Source: Klebsormidium nitens | Lineage: Eukaryota; Plantae; Klebsormidiophyceae | DNA length: 64,000 nucleotides | Direction: 5' to 3' | NCBI GenBank assembly: GCA_000708835.1 | Contig: DF237099.1 | Location: 109,382 to 173,381 of the forward strand | Shown: positions 1 through 11,961 of the stretch, in pieces | How positions within the stretch are numbered: position 1 is the first letter of the stretch | Layout: every line of letters begins with the position of its first letter | Translations under genes and position numbers: made by a program | Notes under the pieces: generated by a model | Database searches by the model: none | Seen by the model: the letters and a program-made list of their open reading frames with translations, nothing else | Told to the model about the DNA's origin: nothing

Positions 1-39
1 TACCCCAACGGCAAGTTCTGGACCGCCATCTTTGCTTAA
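1..39 (+). CDS. 3' end of a CDS entering the window (YPNGKFWTAIFA*), possibly the C-terminal strand of a CAP/SCP domain
   Basis: Open frame ending in TAA at 37-39. The FWTAIF motif resembles the terminal W-x-x-x-F strand of CAP domains. Only 12 codons are visible. Confidence 0.3.
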   Translation, partial: YPNGKFWTAIFA

Positions 40-45
40 CAAGGA

Positions 46-76
46 GGGTTAGCGTACCGGGTTAGCGTACCGGGTT
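46..76. repeat. 13-bp tandem repeat (GGGTTAGCGTACC x2.4)
   Basis: Exact units at 46-58 and 59-71, plus a partial GGGTT at 72-76. Confidence 0.85.
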
Positions 77-831
77 TGGACTTGGACGGAGGCACGTTGA
101 AAGGCTGACGGCAGCAGAGTGCTGGATCTCCAGCCTCGCTTGAAGTGGAGGGTCAGCGAGTCGGGTGGGCGTGTTGAGACTGGTGGGGTTATAGTGCATG
201 AAAAGGCCGATGGCAGCGGGGTAAGGCCTGCATTTTCGCACGCTAGCTAGGATGCGCAGCTTTGCATGCTAGCCAGCCTTCAGGTAGCAACGCCGTGAGC
301 GTTCGGTGTGTTACACATCTTGGCACCCCGGCAGGATTTGGTGTGGAAGAGTACTATTGGCCATACTCTAGTCAAAGTTCGAGCGTGGGTAAAACCGTCT
401 TGGGACATCTTATGGTCTCACTTTGCGTCGCACACTAGTCTGCCGTCTTACTAATGCTCGCTATAGGTGGTCTAGGACGAACATAGAGCACAACATTCCA
501 ACTCGAGAAGCAACAGCATTGCCATTTGAGTGGGTCTGAGTGCTCAGAACAATCTTTGTTACAAATTACACCATGCGGATCATTCTTATTATTCCAAACT
601 TCAGCTTTGGCAACCGAAAATTTCCAACTGATAGCCTGGCATGCCGATGGTGCACATGACATGCTGCCGTATCGTTATGACGGTCCCTAGCGCCACATTG
701 CGATCGAGTTCATAGACTTCAAGCTAGGTCATCTTGGAACGAAGAGGCATCGGCCGTCCCTTATAGCTAGGGCCGCATGCGGCGTATGTGGCATATGGCG
801 ATGCAAGAATTGCTGAAAGAGCTGATTTGTT

Positions 832-906
832 TGTCACTGAGACTCACAGCAACTTCGCCTGCAATAACATGTCACTGAGACTAACAGCAACTTCGCTCAA
901 TAACAT
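832..906. repeat. ~37-bp tandem duplication
   Basis: TGTCACTGAGACTCACAGCAACTTCGCCTGCAATAACA followed by TGTCACTGAGACTAACAGCAACTTCGCTCAATAACA. Confidence 0.85.
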
Positions 907-1463
907 CCAAGATCCGCACCTAGTGCGCCAGCACAACTGCACGCGCACCTATACTCAGGCTGTCGCCGGAATCCTCCTGGCCCCAATGCTTGATGCTATA
1001 TCCATCCTAAGTGCATGAGTAGTTTGGATGCCTTGCAGTACTTTTTCGAAATATGATGAAGAGAACATCATGACAAAGGGTGCATGATGGCACCCATGAA
1101 ACTCCTTTTTAGAGGCTTGCTGCCGGGCTGGATATGTCCGAGGACCATACCGTGCTAGACGCCACGGGCACCGAATGCAAGCTCTCACGCTCTTCTTTCT
1201 CAAGAGCCGCCGGCCGATTTCAAGGACTGATTATCTAGTGCTTCGATGATCACATAAACGTGAAGTCACCGCAGCCCAAGTGACAGTTGTGCTTTCGCAT
1301 ATGTGCTCATGCTTTAAGAATCTTCACTTGCCGTTGACGTGAACTTGATCAACGTGAAACCGAGGCAAACTCAACCCGCAACTGTCAACGGCCGCCTCCA
1401 ACATTGACAGGGACGACGTTGTGACACTGAGATAAACTTCTTTACTAAGGGTTACGCAACCGA

Positions 1464-4400
1464 TTACGTCACGGTAAGAAGCTCTGCTTCTGTTACGGGG
1501 AAGCTGCCAATGTCGTGTCCCGCAACGGGGCGCAACCGTTTGGTCAGCCCGCTGGCGAGGCTCTCGGTACCGGCCCCCCGCCGCTGACAAAACTCGGCGA
1601 TCTGCAAGTATGCGTTCAAATTCGAAGCCAGCTGAACCGATCCGAATAACTTACGTTCCCCAGACAATTGCCCAACCTCGGTCAGTAGATACTCAAAGCG
1701 AGGTTCAGTTTTGACTAGGTTCCGCCCAAACGGTGTTTTACCAGACTTTGAGTGATGTGTGTTAAGTCATAAAGAGATGTAGCCAGGCACTTTGCATTAA
1801 ACGATTCATCCTGCCTGCGGAGTATTTCTTGCAACGAGGCAACATCTTCCAGTCCCTGCACTTGCTGCGCTTCCGTGGTTGGAAAATCTTCCTGGGGCTT
1901 TCAAGAGACTTGTTTCTCTCTGGTTTGACAGCGGCTTTTCCGGGAGCTCCTCAGGAACGTGCTTAGGGAGTCTTGGATTCAGGAAGGAGTGTTTCTTGCC
2001 CCTGTTTTTAACACCGGTGCTTAGCATAGAACGATGTACGGACAGTGTCTGAACGGGTAAGACAGTCGGCAGGCATAAGCACGCACTCTCAAGAGCATAG
2101 CGTATACCTCTAGAGCCATAGCGTACCTGCAGTGCCATAGCTCGGCCGCTCAACACCGCATCCTGCATGCTGGAGCCCAGCAGCCAGTCGCCGCAAATCC
2201 CGACCCGTCCCAGGGGGTCGAAAATACAAGGCACGCCCGGCGTATTCGTTGGCAACGCTGCCCCCCTGTAAGAATTCATCCGTTTCTCAATATGTTCCCT
2301 AAAAAGAGAGCAACGCCTCTTTGAAATGTCGATTGAAAGAAACGTTCTACGCAATGGAGACAGACTTCCGCTGTCGACGTCGCGCTTGGATTTACAGACC
2401 GCACAAAATCTAAACCTGACGCACAAGCAATGGTTACGTCGCAGATTACCGCAGGACATTCCCGACATTGACGACGAGCAAACACCACCACCAACCAGAT
2501 AGAGCCTGCTAGAGTTTCATACTAGTATCACCAAGATAGAAACAACGCGGATCACCACCATAGCGTATTGCTTTCATTGGGCAATTGAATGGAGTAACTG
2601 TTCGTCCCCTGGTGCAGCACTGGGCGCTCACCAAAGTTGCGTTTTGGTGAAGATCGGGGCCGGGAAAGTCCCCCGAGAGACGCCCCAGGCGTCTTCAAAG
2701 CCGTCGAGCATTTCCCGGGTGACCTTCGCGGCAACCGGGGCCGGCACAGCTTCCTACGCGGCACAATCCAAAGCACTCTGAGAAAAGTAACGAACTTTGA
2801 GATGTACTTTGCGCAGATGTACAGAAACCCGCATGAGAGACCCAGAAACCTTGGCTGCGGCTGAAATCGGCACTGCTTCTTACATACAGCGTTAAACGCA
2901 GGACCTTTTTGCATCGTTCATGATCCTTTAGGCGAGCGCAGACCTGCACAAAGCTGCATGAGTCTTTAACTTAAGAGTGGGGTAGCAAGGCAAAGGGGGA
3001 GGCATCTGCGTCGTCTTTCGAACCAAGATTCCTAGCATCCTGTGGGTGAAGACGGCCTCGTGTGACCATACGCGAATGGACTTTGTTGTCGTTTCGTTGG
3101 CCCCACCTCCGTGGCTTCTACATGCACGTCTATCTCTTCTAGCTCCGAGCGACAGCCCAAAGCGCTTCCGGAAGTCCTGGCTTGCTCTTCGCCGAGGAGC
3201 GCTATGGAACGGAAAGTCTTGTATCCATGTGTGCCTGGGACCGGCCAAACTGGAGATATCGGCTGAATATCTTCCATGTCGAGCTCAGTCCTTGTACGTG
3301 CTCGCAGAGTTCGGTAACTTCGTAAACAAAGAACGTTCTTTTCAGTAACGGAGGCTTTCCACTTTGAACAAAGCTTAGAGACTTACTTAACCCGTCTCAA
3401 ACCCACTCCTCACCTGGGGAACCTTGTTGTCCTTTCCGTAGCCCGCCGTGCTGAAGAGCGTCCAGCATTCCGGCCCGCTCCGCTTGAGCTTCCGGTTGTT
3501 GTTGCACGCCCACGAAACGGACGGAACGTCTTGTACGAACGCAGCGTCGATCTCGGGCGGGAGAGGCAGGGGCTTGTCGAAGGCGGCGAGCAGAGCCCAA
3601 ATGGAGCTCAGGCGTAGACTCTGAAGCAGCCAGAAGGTAATAGTTGATAACGAAAAAGACGAGCTTAGACCGTAAGTTCTAGGAAACGGAAAGGAAACGG
3701 TTGGTGACAGAACGAGGAAGGCAGAACACGCGAGCTGTGGAGAGTTAGGGACTCGTCGTTGAGAAGACTTCAGGGAATATTGTTTGTGTTAAACAGAGTG
3801 TAAGCACTTATCGAGGGCCTTCATAGAGGCTAGAGCTTGCTGTGGCCATTCATGAGTGCGGCGTCACCTTCTCACTAGGTATTGTGAGCTGAGAACGGAA
3901 GACCGTATGCGCCCCTTGCATCTTCCTTTCAGTTCGCCATGAGCGATACTTTAGAACGCCAGCTTCAGTCGCCGGGTACGGGCCTTGGCAAATCTGCTGC
4001 CATCAGATGACAATATGAAAACGAGCGACAATGTTTGAATCGTTACTTGGCGCTGAGAGTCTGTGAGTGCGCGATCTACTCACCTTCATTTGAGCTGCAA
4101 CTTCTGGGACCCCCGCTGGAGCTAAGAGCCGATTCGCACACTTCCCTGCACAAAGCCGGGTCGCATCAGTACTGATTTCCGGAGAAGGGAATGCTACCCG
4201 TTGCATAATCAGTTCTCATCTACTCCTCTCTTGATTTCACACTCTGAGGTCACCAACACGTTGACAGTACAGGCGTGGTATCGGGCCGTTCTTATCGCAG
4301 GTTCGAGAATGCGAAAAGACAGCAAGTGAACGGTCGAACGCAATCTGGACCACTTCGTAAATAATTGGGAAGCGTCACAAAGCGAACAGACGCGACGTCG

Positions 4401-6531
4401 AAAGTGAGAGATCTGAAGCCCCAGAGCTTTTCAAGAGTCATTGGCACAATCTCGACGAATGCAGAAGAGGAAAGGAAAAAGGGACGAAGAAGATTTCAGC
4501 GAGACATTGACAGCTTTGAACTACACTCTGTAGAGTTCGCAGACCTCTTAGAAGGTAGCTCGCAAATCAAATCTGAGCTTGTAATATCGACATTCCTACA
4601 GCTCATCAAATCCCTCGGCATCCAAACAGGGGGCAAGGCAGTAAGCTTTTCAATACAAACAGTTTGCTAGAGGCAGCAACCTAACCTACCGTTATGGGCA
4701 ATCACAACAAAGTCGAAATCACCCTCGTGCCTTCCGTTTTCGCTTAGTCGCCATTTCCCCCCGCTGGGCTCCATTCGGCTAACCCAACATGGGCGACGAG
4801 TTTGCGCTAACCCCTGCCGCACCTGCCAAAGACAACTTCGCTTCAGCTTTTGCACGCAGGAAACGATGGAAGAGAAAACATCACTTCGTCAAAATATGAA
4901 CAGAAGCAAGGGCGTCCCCTGCTTGTAAACATATGCAGGATAAACCTGACGAGACTCAGAAAGCGTTGCCGAACGGAAAGAAGTTTGGTCGATGCGAGCT
5001 TGTTCCATGGAGAGTATGTTTCCAGCATGTCACATCGCTGGCCAGGAAATGTTGCACACCTTCGCAAGCTGAACCAGATTTTCTGGCTATGCAGCTCTGG
5101 AACGGAGAAATGTCACTGCCACCTCACCATGTAATCAGAAACGAAGAAAACGGAGACAGAAGGTGCTTTGAGGGCAAGGAAAAAACGAAACATTTGCATC
5201 ATGGAAGGGAGGAAACGCCCCACCTTTTCTCCCAGTCGATCTGCAAGCCCCATCATGCCATCGACCCCCAGATACTTCGGCTGCTCCCCAGGCAGCGGTG
5301 TGAATTGTCCTCTTTTCAGGTTCCCCACTGACCCATCCCAAACCCGCACTAACCCCTCTGCTTCCCACTGATCTACCATCTTTTGAACAATGGGGTCTGA
5401 AACCGTGAAGTACTGCGCAGCGTGGTCGAAAACTAGAGACTGGCCGCCTGGGGTGCTGATGTGTCTCGTGGCGAGACGGCCCCCGAGACCGCGCTTGCCC
5501 TGAGAGTAGAGTCAGGAGCGATACGTTAAGCCTGCAAATCATTTTCTCAGGAAGGGCGATTAGTGCATTTCAGACGAACAATCCTCGGCAAGCTGCTTCT
5601 AATCTTCGGTCTCAATCATTGTTGGTCATTGACTGTTCACAAGCGGGAGAACAAGGGGAACATATGCAGGGGCATGATAAGTTTGGCTTGTGAAGTCGGC
5701 TGCTGCGAACACTTCAAGCGTCAACATGCCCCTGACTGACTCAAGGGACACCTTATCATCTCATGAAGAGGAAGTCTCAGCTAGACCTCATCAAGAGATC
5801 ACTGACTGCGGCTTTGTCAAGAGTCTTTCAGAGAACCCTTCCGTGATAGAAGCCCCCTTATACTACTGTTTTGTGGAATGCATCCTTTCTTTGAACGCTC
5901 CTCCAATAGTACTCCTAAGATGGTGTGGTATGTTTATTGGATCCCTCACCGTGTCAAAGACCGTCGACCGGACCCCCTGGTCAGACAACACCTGTGCGCA
6001 TATCAGCCCCGATAAGCCCCCCCCAATGATTGCCACTGAGGCATCCTCCGGGACCTCCCCTTTGAATACCGTCCGTTGCTTTTCCGTTCTAGGTGGTGGT
6101 TTGCCATTCTGCGATGGGGGCCTTGGGCCTCTCCCTGCGTCTGATTTGCGCCACACATCTCGTGTTCTAGGCAGACTCCTGCTCTGCCCCGGTGAGTTTC
6201 TCCCTCTCTCTATTTCTTTGCCTGGACTCCCCTTTGAGGATTCACGGGTCTGCCCGGATGATGGTTGTTGAGTGTCACCTTCCGGCAGCCCAGACACCGC
6301 GTTTGCTCCATGTAAAGGGGATGTGTTTGAACAACTTTGTGTCGGCCTGCCACCTGCTGGCATCCTCAACCTTGGAACTGATGTCTTTTGATTCCGAAAA
6401 CGATACACGATTCGAGGGCCACAAACCTGCGTGCTGAAAGTAGAAATTTGTTGATGAGAAGCATTGATATGTTCCAACACTCCCACCTTGCAAGCGCCGC
6501 TTCTGAGCAAGGGCGCTCGCAGAGCCTGCAT
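1464..6531 (-). CDS. FAD/NAD(P)-binding oxidoreductase (renalase/amine-oxidase-like plant family), 8 exons, long N-terminal presequence-like extension
   Basis: Phase-consistent exons: 6531-5950, 5499-5224, 4822-4690, 4145-4084, 3620-3414, 2753-2632, 2265-2127, 1601-1464. Motifs: VAIIGGGLSG (Rossmann fold), GGRLATR, FDHAAQYFT, FDFVVIAHNGKCANRL, LSSIWALLAAF, QLWGAALP, GICGDWLLGS, and terminal LRPVAGHDIGSFP. Confidence 0.9.
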
Positions 6532-7535
6532 CTTGTCAGCAAGCACAATGCATCTCGAACTTTCACCGGGTTCTCTGCAATGCCGTCCTCACATTGAAGG
6601 AGCTGCTATTAAAGCACGTCCAGACGCCAGTGGCAAAGATTCTGTGCAGAGACACAGGGCAGACGGATGACGTTCTGCACAGCGCACATAACACCACCAT
6701 GATCCATGAATGCTCATCTTCTGTTGCAGCAAATCTGGTGTTCAAACCACGCCCGGGCAGAGAGTACTGCTTTGAAATTAACGTCAAATTCACTTGTATA
6801 TTGCCATTTTGGCTGATCGTCCTTTAACATCCATAAGGGCCTAGCTTTAAACTGCGGCTAGCTAATTGAAACGCGGAATACCGCGCGTAGACCTGTTGCC
6901 AGTTGGTACCGTATACGGGGCAAAATCAGGCAGATACCGTACCAGGGTACCTCAAGTCCGGGTTTTGGCAATAATATTGCCTTGTTTTTGCCTGGGCGAG
7001 TTGGGGGCCTGTTATGCATAAGGGGTCCGCGTTATCGTCCGGTCGTGCCCGGGAGTAGTATTGGGGACAGCCTGGTGGCCGGTCCCGACTTGCAGTTACT
7101 AGCGGACGTTCCCGGTTCGATAACTCTAGATGTCCCGCCGTGTCAAGCTGTGATTTGATTCAGACCTCCTGCTCGTAGAGGGGCTAGCTAGCTGATAGAG
7201 AAGCCTCAACTTAACCGTCGGCCTGACTGAATTTGGTCAATGGATGTCAAAGGGGTGCGCTACTGTGATTGGCTCGGTTCACGTGCAGGTCCGTCGATGA
7301 AAGCACGCGTACGGCTGCATGTCGGTGCTTGGCGAGAAGCGATCCCCTTGCGCGCCCTCCGACCCCTTCCCAACCAATTCTCTGCCGAAGAATTTCCGGT
7401 GTGAAAACAGTTCTGAAAGATTACAGATTGGTTAAAAGAGTCTACTGGAGAGTCGAGGGTAAATACACAAGTTTTCTAGGATATGACACCATGGTATCTG
7501 AGCTTAGGCTCATGCAGGTGTCGACTGCAGCATGA

Positions 7536-7872
7536 TAGGGTGGTCACATTTGTATCCTCGGAAAGTCGGCGCACCGACCCCAAGGGTGCGCACCGACCCT
7601 AGAAAGCCACTTCGGTCATATTTGCTTTTGGGGCCACTCGACCCGACGGCTAAAACTTCCCGTAATTTGCGGTCTCGAGTCTCGACGGTAGATTGTGCGC
7701 ACCCACCCTAGAAACTTTTTCGGAGGTCCGGGATCGGTCGCCCCCACCCTAGAAATGTTGCGACCCCGAACCTTAGCTAGGGCGGAATTTCCGCCCCGAG
7801 GGTGGAATTTCCACCCCGAGGGTCGGAATTCCGGCCCCAAGGGTCGTCGCGACCTCAAATGTGACCACCCTG
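7536..7872. mobile_element. Non-autonomous MITE-like element with hAT-like terminal inverted repeats
   Basis: TAGGGTGGTCACATTTG (7536-7552) and CAAATGTGACCACCCTG (7856-7872) form a 16/17 inverted repeat. Subterminal repeats include CCCTAGAAA x3, CCCCAAGGGT x2 and three palindromes. No coding capacity; no clear TSD. Confidence 0.7.
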
Positions 7873-8296
7873 TCACTGCTTTGAATCTGATCCTGGGCCC
7901 TGGATGGCCATCATTCTACATCGTATTAGTTGACACCGAGTCTTGCCCAGTGTCCCGGAGCGAGAGGCCAGCGTCTCTGCTACCGGGGTCGCGCTGCTTG
8001 GCGCAGGCTCCAGATTTCCATAGTGTCATCTTGCATGTGGTCCCCCGAGCACCCCAGTGCTCCCTACGACAGGTTACAGTGTCGCAGCCCCATGCCTTTG
8101 ATGGGTACGGGCTTATGAGAAGATAACATTCTGAAGTTTGAGCTTCGCAGAATTTGGGATTCAGGCATCTGGCCGTGCAGCAGGGGACGAAGCTTACGGC
8201 AGCAGGGACGGTGAAGAGCGCCTTGGACACTGTGCAGATTGCAGCAAAGTCGACTCGCAGGAAGATCCAGTGGTTGCACACCTCTTAGGAGGGATC

Positions 8297-11200
8297 ATGG
8301 CTTCGTACGGAGGGGAGGACAAGAAGCGGAAGTTGGACGGCTCGGCTGCGGCCCCTTCGTCGCTGCGCCCTGAGGAGATCAAGGATCTGCTGACTGCGCT
8401 GAAACAAGAGCAGGTGGTGGACCTGCTCGTCAAAGCGTGAGTAGCTCCTGCTTCTCCTGGGTAAAGATTTTGAGCTGGACACGAGTTGCGCATGGCGGTT
8501 TATGCAGACTGGCCTGAATTGGATGCACCTCCCTCTTTTTCAGAACTTCCTGCTGAGATATTATTGGTGCTTGAGTTTCCATCTTATGGGTAATGGTTGC
8601 AGTTCTGCTCGATTGTTGCTTGGTATGATTTCTGTCGACTATTTCGAGCAAGTAGTTGGGTTGTTGGACAGTTTGATCATGGTAAGTTTTGCATTGCTGA
8701 TTCGACCATAGATTGCACTTGCTTTCAAATCTGATGTTGGTGCTTGTTTCTGACCGCTGGGCCAAAAGGCCTTCACAAGTTACTGGATTCTTGTGTTGGA
8801 AGCAATTCAAGTCTTACTCATCCGGTGCATCAGCTTCTGTGCAGCCTTTGTGCAGTCAGTTTCTGCAGGAAGATGGATGATTCAAAGGTTGTAAGTTGCA
8901 AGCAGGGTGTTCTGAAGGATTGGTAGCCGATCTGAGCATTTAGCGCTTTTGTAACCGGTCTTCACCACGGTATCTGTTGAGGTCTGGTGCTTGAAATGTA
9001 GAGGTGTTTATGTAAGCAAGCTACCCGACTGCTCTGAGCCTGACACTGGAGTGTGCATCCTGGTCTTGGCTGGGTCTGCAGTTGTTCCGCTCATCCTGAT
9101 GTTCTTGACGATGTGAGAGATGCTGCGAGCAAAGATCCTGCAACTCGAAAGCTCTTTGTGCGTGGCCTGCCTTGGGAGACGACCACCGAGGAGCTGACTG
9201 CTGTGAGTAGTTTTGTCTGAATCCTGCTACGATTGATCGCACTAGGCGCAGGCACCACAGAGATTAGTTGTTATCCAGTTGGTAACTGATTTTCTGCTGA
9301 GGAGCGGATTGACCAGGTATGACACTTGGATAGAGTCGAAGGGATGCGCAGAGATTTGGCTGCAGGTTGTTGCTTCTTCAGCTCCTTTTGCAGCTTTGAA
9401 GCTAGTTGACTTACTCGGGACTTCCTCAATTGCCATCTGCCTCCATGTCTTCGAAGTTTTGCTTTACACACCTCTGCGTTGCTCATCATCTTGGTCTACT
9501 TTGTCGTCAGTCGTCAGAAACCAGCTGCGATCTTTTCATGCTGCTTCAGTGTTAAAAACGAAGGATGTCCTTCAATCAGTTAGGAATTTTACTAGGTTGT
9601 GAGCGTGCCACAGCGGCTGAACAAGGTAGAAGAAAATCTGCTTTCAAGCCTGCTTGAGGCTTGTGATATCGAGGCGAGTTTTCCAGCAGTGACACACCAC
9701 TTGTGAAGCCACGAATTCTTCGAATCTGTAGGTCTGGTCATGGAGATTCTCACTGTCTTCCTTGTTTTCAGGCGTATGAAGAGTTCGGCGACATTGACGA
9801 AGCAGCCGTCATCGTGGACAAGATTTCTGGCAAGTCCAAGGGCTTTGGATTCGTCACCTTCAGGCACATCGACTCTGCTCAGAAGGCCCTTCGGAACCCA
9901 AAGAAGCAAATCAGGGTATGTTTACACAAAGTTCTATTGAGCCTGCACCTTTGGCGGCCAGTTTGTTGGGCTTTGGAAAGTGTTACCCTGCTTCTGATTT
10001 CCCACAGGCCTTGGAACTGCTAATGCAGGTCCCCCCTGACAAAACTGTGGATGTTTTAGGACATTGAAAAGGAATTGCGTTTCCTCCTCAGCTCATCTCT
10101 ACGTGCTCAACACAAGCGAAGGCTCTGTGCAATCGGTTTTGAAAAAGAGTTGGGAAGGAGCTCCGATGCCGGCACTTCAGGACACTTGTGACAATCACCC
10201 CCAGTCCATTTACGGGTTCTCTTACGTTTTCAGCTAGTGTTCGCTGGACCCGGTCTTCGATCAGTCTTCCTTGTCTTGTTCCATTTGCGCTGCAAAAGTG
10301 TCTGCCGAAGTACCACCATTGTTGCATCTTATTCAAGATTTCCAGCATGGGTTACCCAGGGTTTTGTCAGAGGTAGATGGATGTTGATGTCACTGGTGCT
10401 CGTCTGCAGGACCGCACCGTGCACGCCAATCTGGCGGCACTTGGCAGCAGCGCGACCCAACGGGACAACAATGACGTGAGTCAGCGCAAGGTCTATGTCG
10501 GGGGGCTCAACTACGACACCACCAACGAGACGCTTCTTGAGGTCTTCGGCAAGTTTGGCGAGATTGAGGAGGGGTCCATTGCCACGGAGAGGACAACCGG
10601 CAAGTCTCGGTGAGAAAAAAGGGCTTTTGTTTTTGCTGACCGTGCGATACCGCGCTCTGTTGGAGCTTCAGAGTTCCTTTGTATCCTTATTTTTTATTTC
10701 AGTGTAGGCAAGAAGTCTGTATTGTTTATGTAGATCTGCTTCTGTTCTCGTGCTGAGGTTCCTGTTTTTCTTGTTGGATGTTGCATCAGGTCCGACAGTA
10801 TCTGCCGTACTTGTAGCCGATTTTCCGCTTTGAGCCGGCTTGTGCCTCACGATGTTTTCTGACGACAAAATTTGATATTTGCAGCGGGTTCGCTTTCGTG
10901 ACCTTCCGAACGGCCGAGGGCGCCCAGGCGGCTTGCGCAGAGCCAGTGAAGCACATTGACGTGAGTACTGTCTTCGAGATTCCCCGTTGACTAGGTTGCT
11001 CACCTTCCCAATACGTAACGAGGCTCGTCTCAGAGATTGTGCCTTGATTTGGTTGCTTTCACTTAGACGGAGTCTGCCCGTGGTAAAGTGGCAAGTGCAC
11101 GCACTAGCACCAGTTGATGAAGAATTTCCGGTGTTTTTTGCCAGCTTTTTGATTGCGCGGCTCCGAACTGTATTTCAGTCGATGTAACTGTCGCTGAGCA

Positions 11201-11961
11201 AAGGAGAAATACCCCGTCAACCTCTTGAGCCGTTCAAAACGAAGGCGATGCTGTGCAGCCTTAAGCAGCCAAAGGTCTGATTGAATGGTTTCTCTTTGCA
11301 GACACGCAACGTCCAGGTCAAGCTCGCTGCGGAGGGCCGGCAGCAGCGGCAGCAGGAGCAGACGAGCGCGAGCGGCCTCCAGAGCTACAGCAACAGCGGG
11401 ATGGGCAACCAAGGGTACGGCGGGAACTTCATGGGGAACCGGCCCATGATGAACCAGCCTATGGGCCAAATGGGCTTCGCTTCCGCAGCACCGATCGGGC
11501 AGATGGCGGGTTACGCTAACCAGGGCGGGTTAAGCGGCGGGCAGTACGGGCAGATGGGCGCCGGGCAGGGGTTCGGAGCGGGGCAGCAGTTTGCGGCGCC
11601 GCTGGGGCAGATGGGGGGGATGCAAGGGGCGCTCCAACAGCCCGTGCAGTATGCTAACCAGGCAGGGTTTGCGGCCGTCCCTGCTAACGCCGGCACTCAG
11701 CAGTTTGCTCCGCAGCAGGGGGGACAGCAAGGGGGCCAGTTTACGGGGGCCCAGCAGGGCTTCGCTGCTCAACAGCAGTTCCCCGCGCAGATGGGGGGCC
11801 AGGTAGGAGCAGTGCAACAGCCGCAGGGCCAGTTCACATCGCAAGCAGGTAATGGTCAGGTCGCGGGTGGCTTTTCGCAGCAGGCAGTGCCAGGGGGGCA
11901 AGCGGCGGGTATGGCTGGGGGCCTGCCCAACGCGATGTACAGCAACTTCCAAGGGCAGTAA
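8297..11961 (+). CDS. UBA2: UBP1-associated protein 2 (UBA2)-like protein with two RRMs and a Q/G-rich C-terminal tail
   Basis: Phase-consistent exons: 8297-8436, 9082-9202, 9772-9915, 10410-10609, 10885-10960, 11302-11961. RNP2 motifs KLFVRGL and KVYVGGL, RNP1 motifs KGFGFVTF and RGFAFVTF, and [20 protein letters not shown] as in UBA2 proteins. Confidence 0.88.

Noticed and set aside
1806-2126. In-frame C-terminal extension of the oxidoreductase in ORF 1806..2468
   Set aside because: A strong donor follows 2127, and exon 1601-1464 supplies the family-typical AGHDIG terminus, so this stretch is intronic.
4295-4312. GGTTCGA T-loop-like motif (also near 7115)
   Set aside because: No cloverleaf or A-box context, so not a tRNA.
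4365-4670. 101-aa plus-strand ORF and similar 60-190 aa ORFs antisense to or inside introns
   Set aside because: No recognisable motifs, often non-ATG starts, and overlapping well-supported genes on the other strand.
7781-7845. CRISPR-like look of regularly spaced palindromes
   Set aside because: The linkers are an identical 5 bp rather than unique spacers, there are no cas genes, and the context is eukaryotic. The GGAATTTCC resemblance to NF-kB sites is irrelevant in this lineage.
10610-10640. Intron start reading KGFCF, similar to RNP1
   Set aside because: Too short and T-rich to distinguish from chance.
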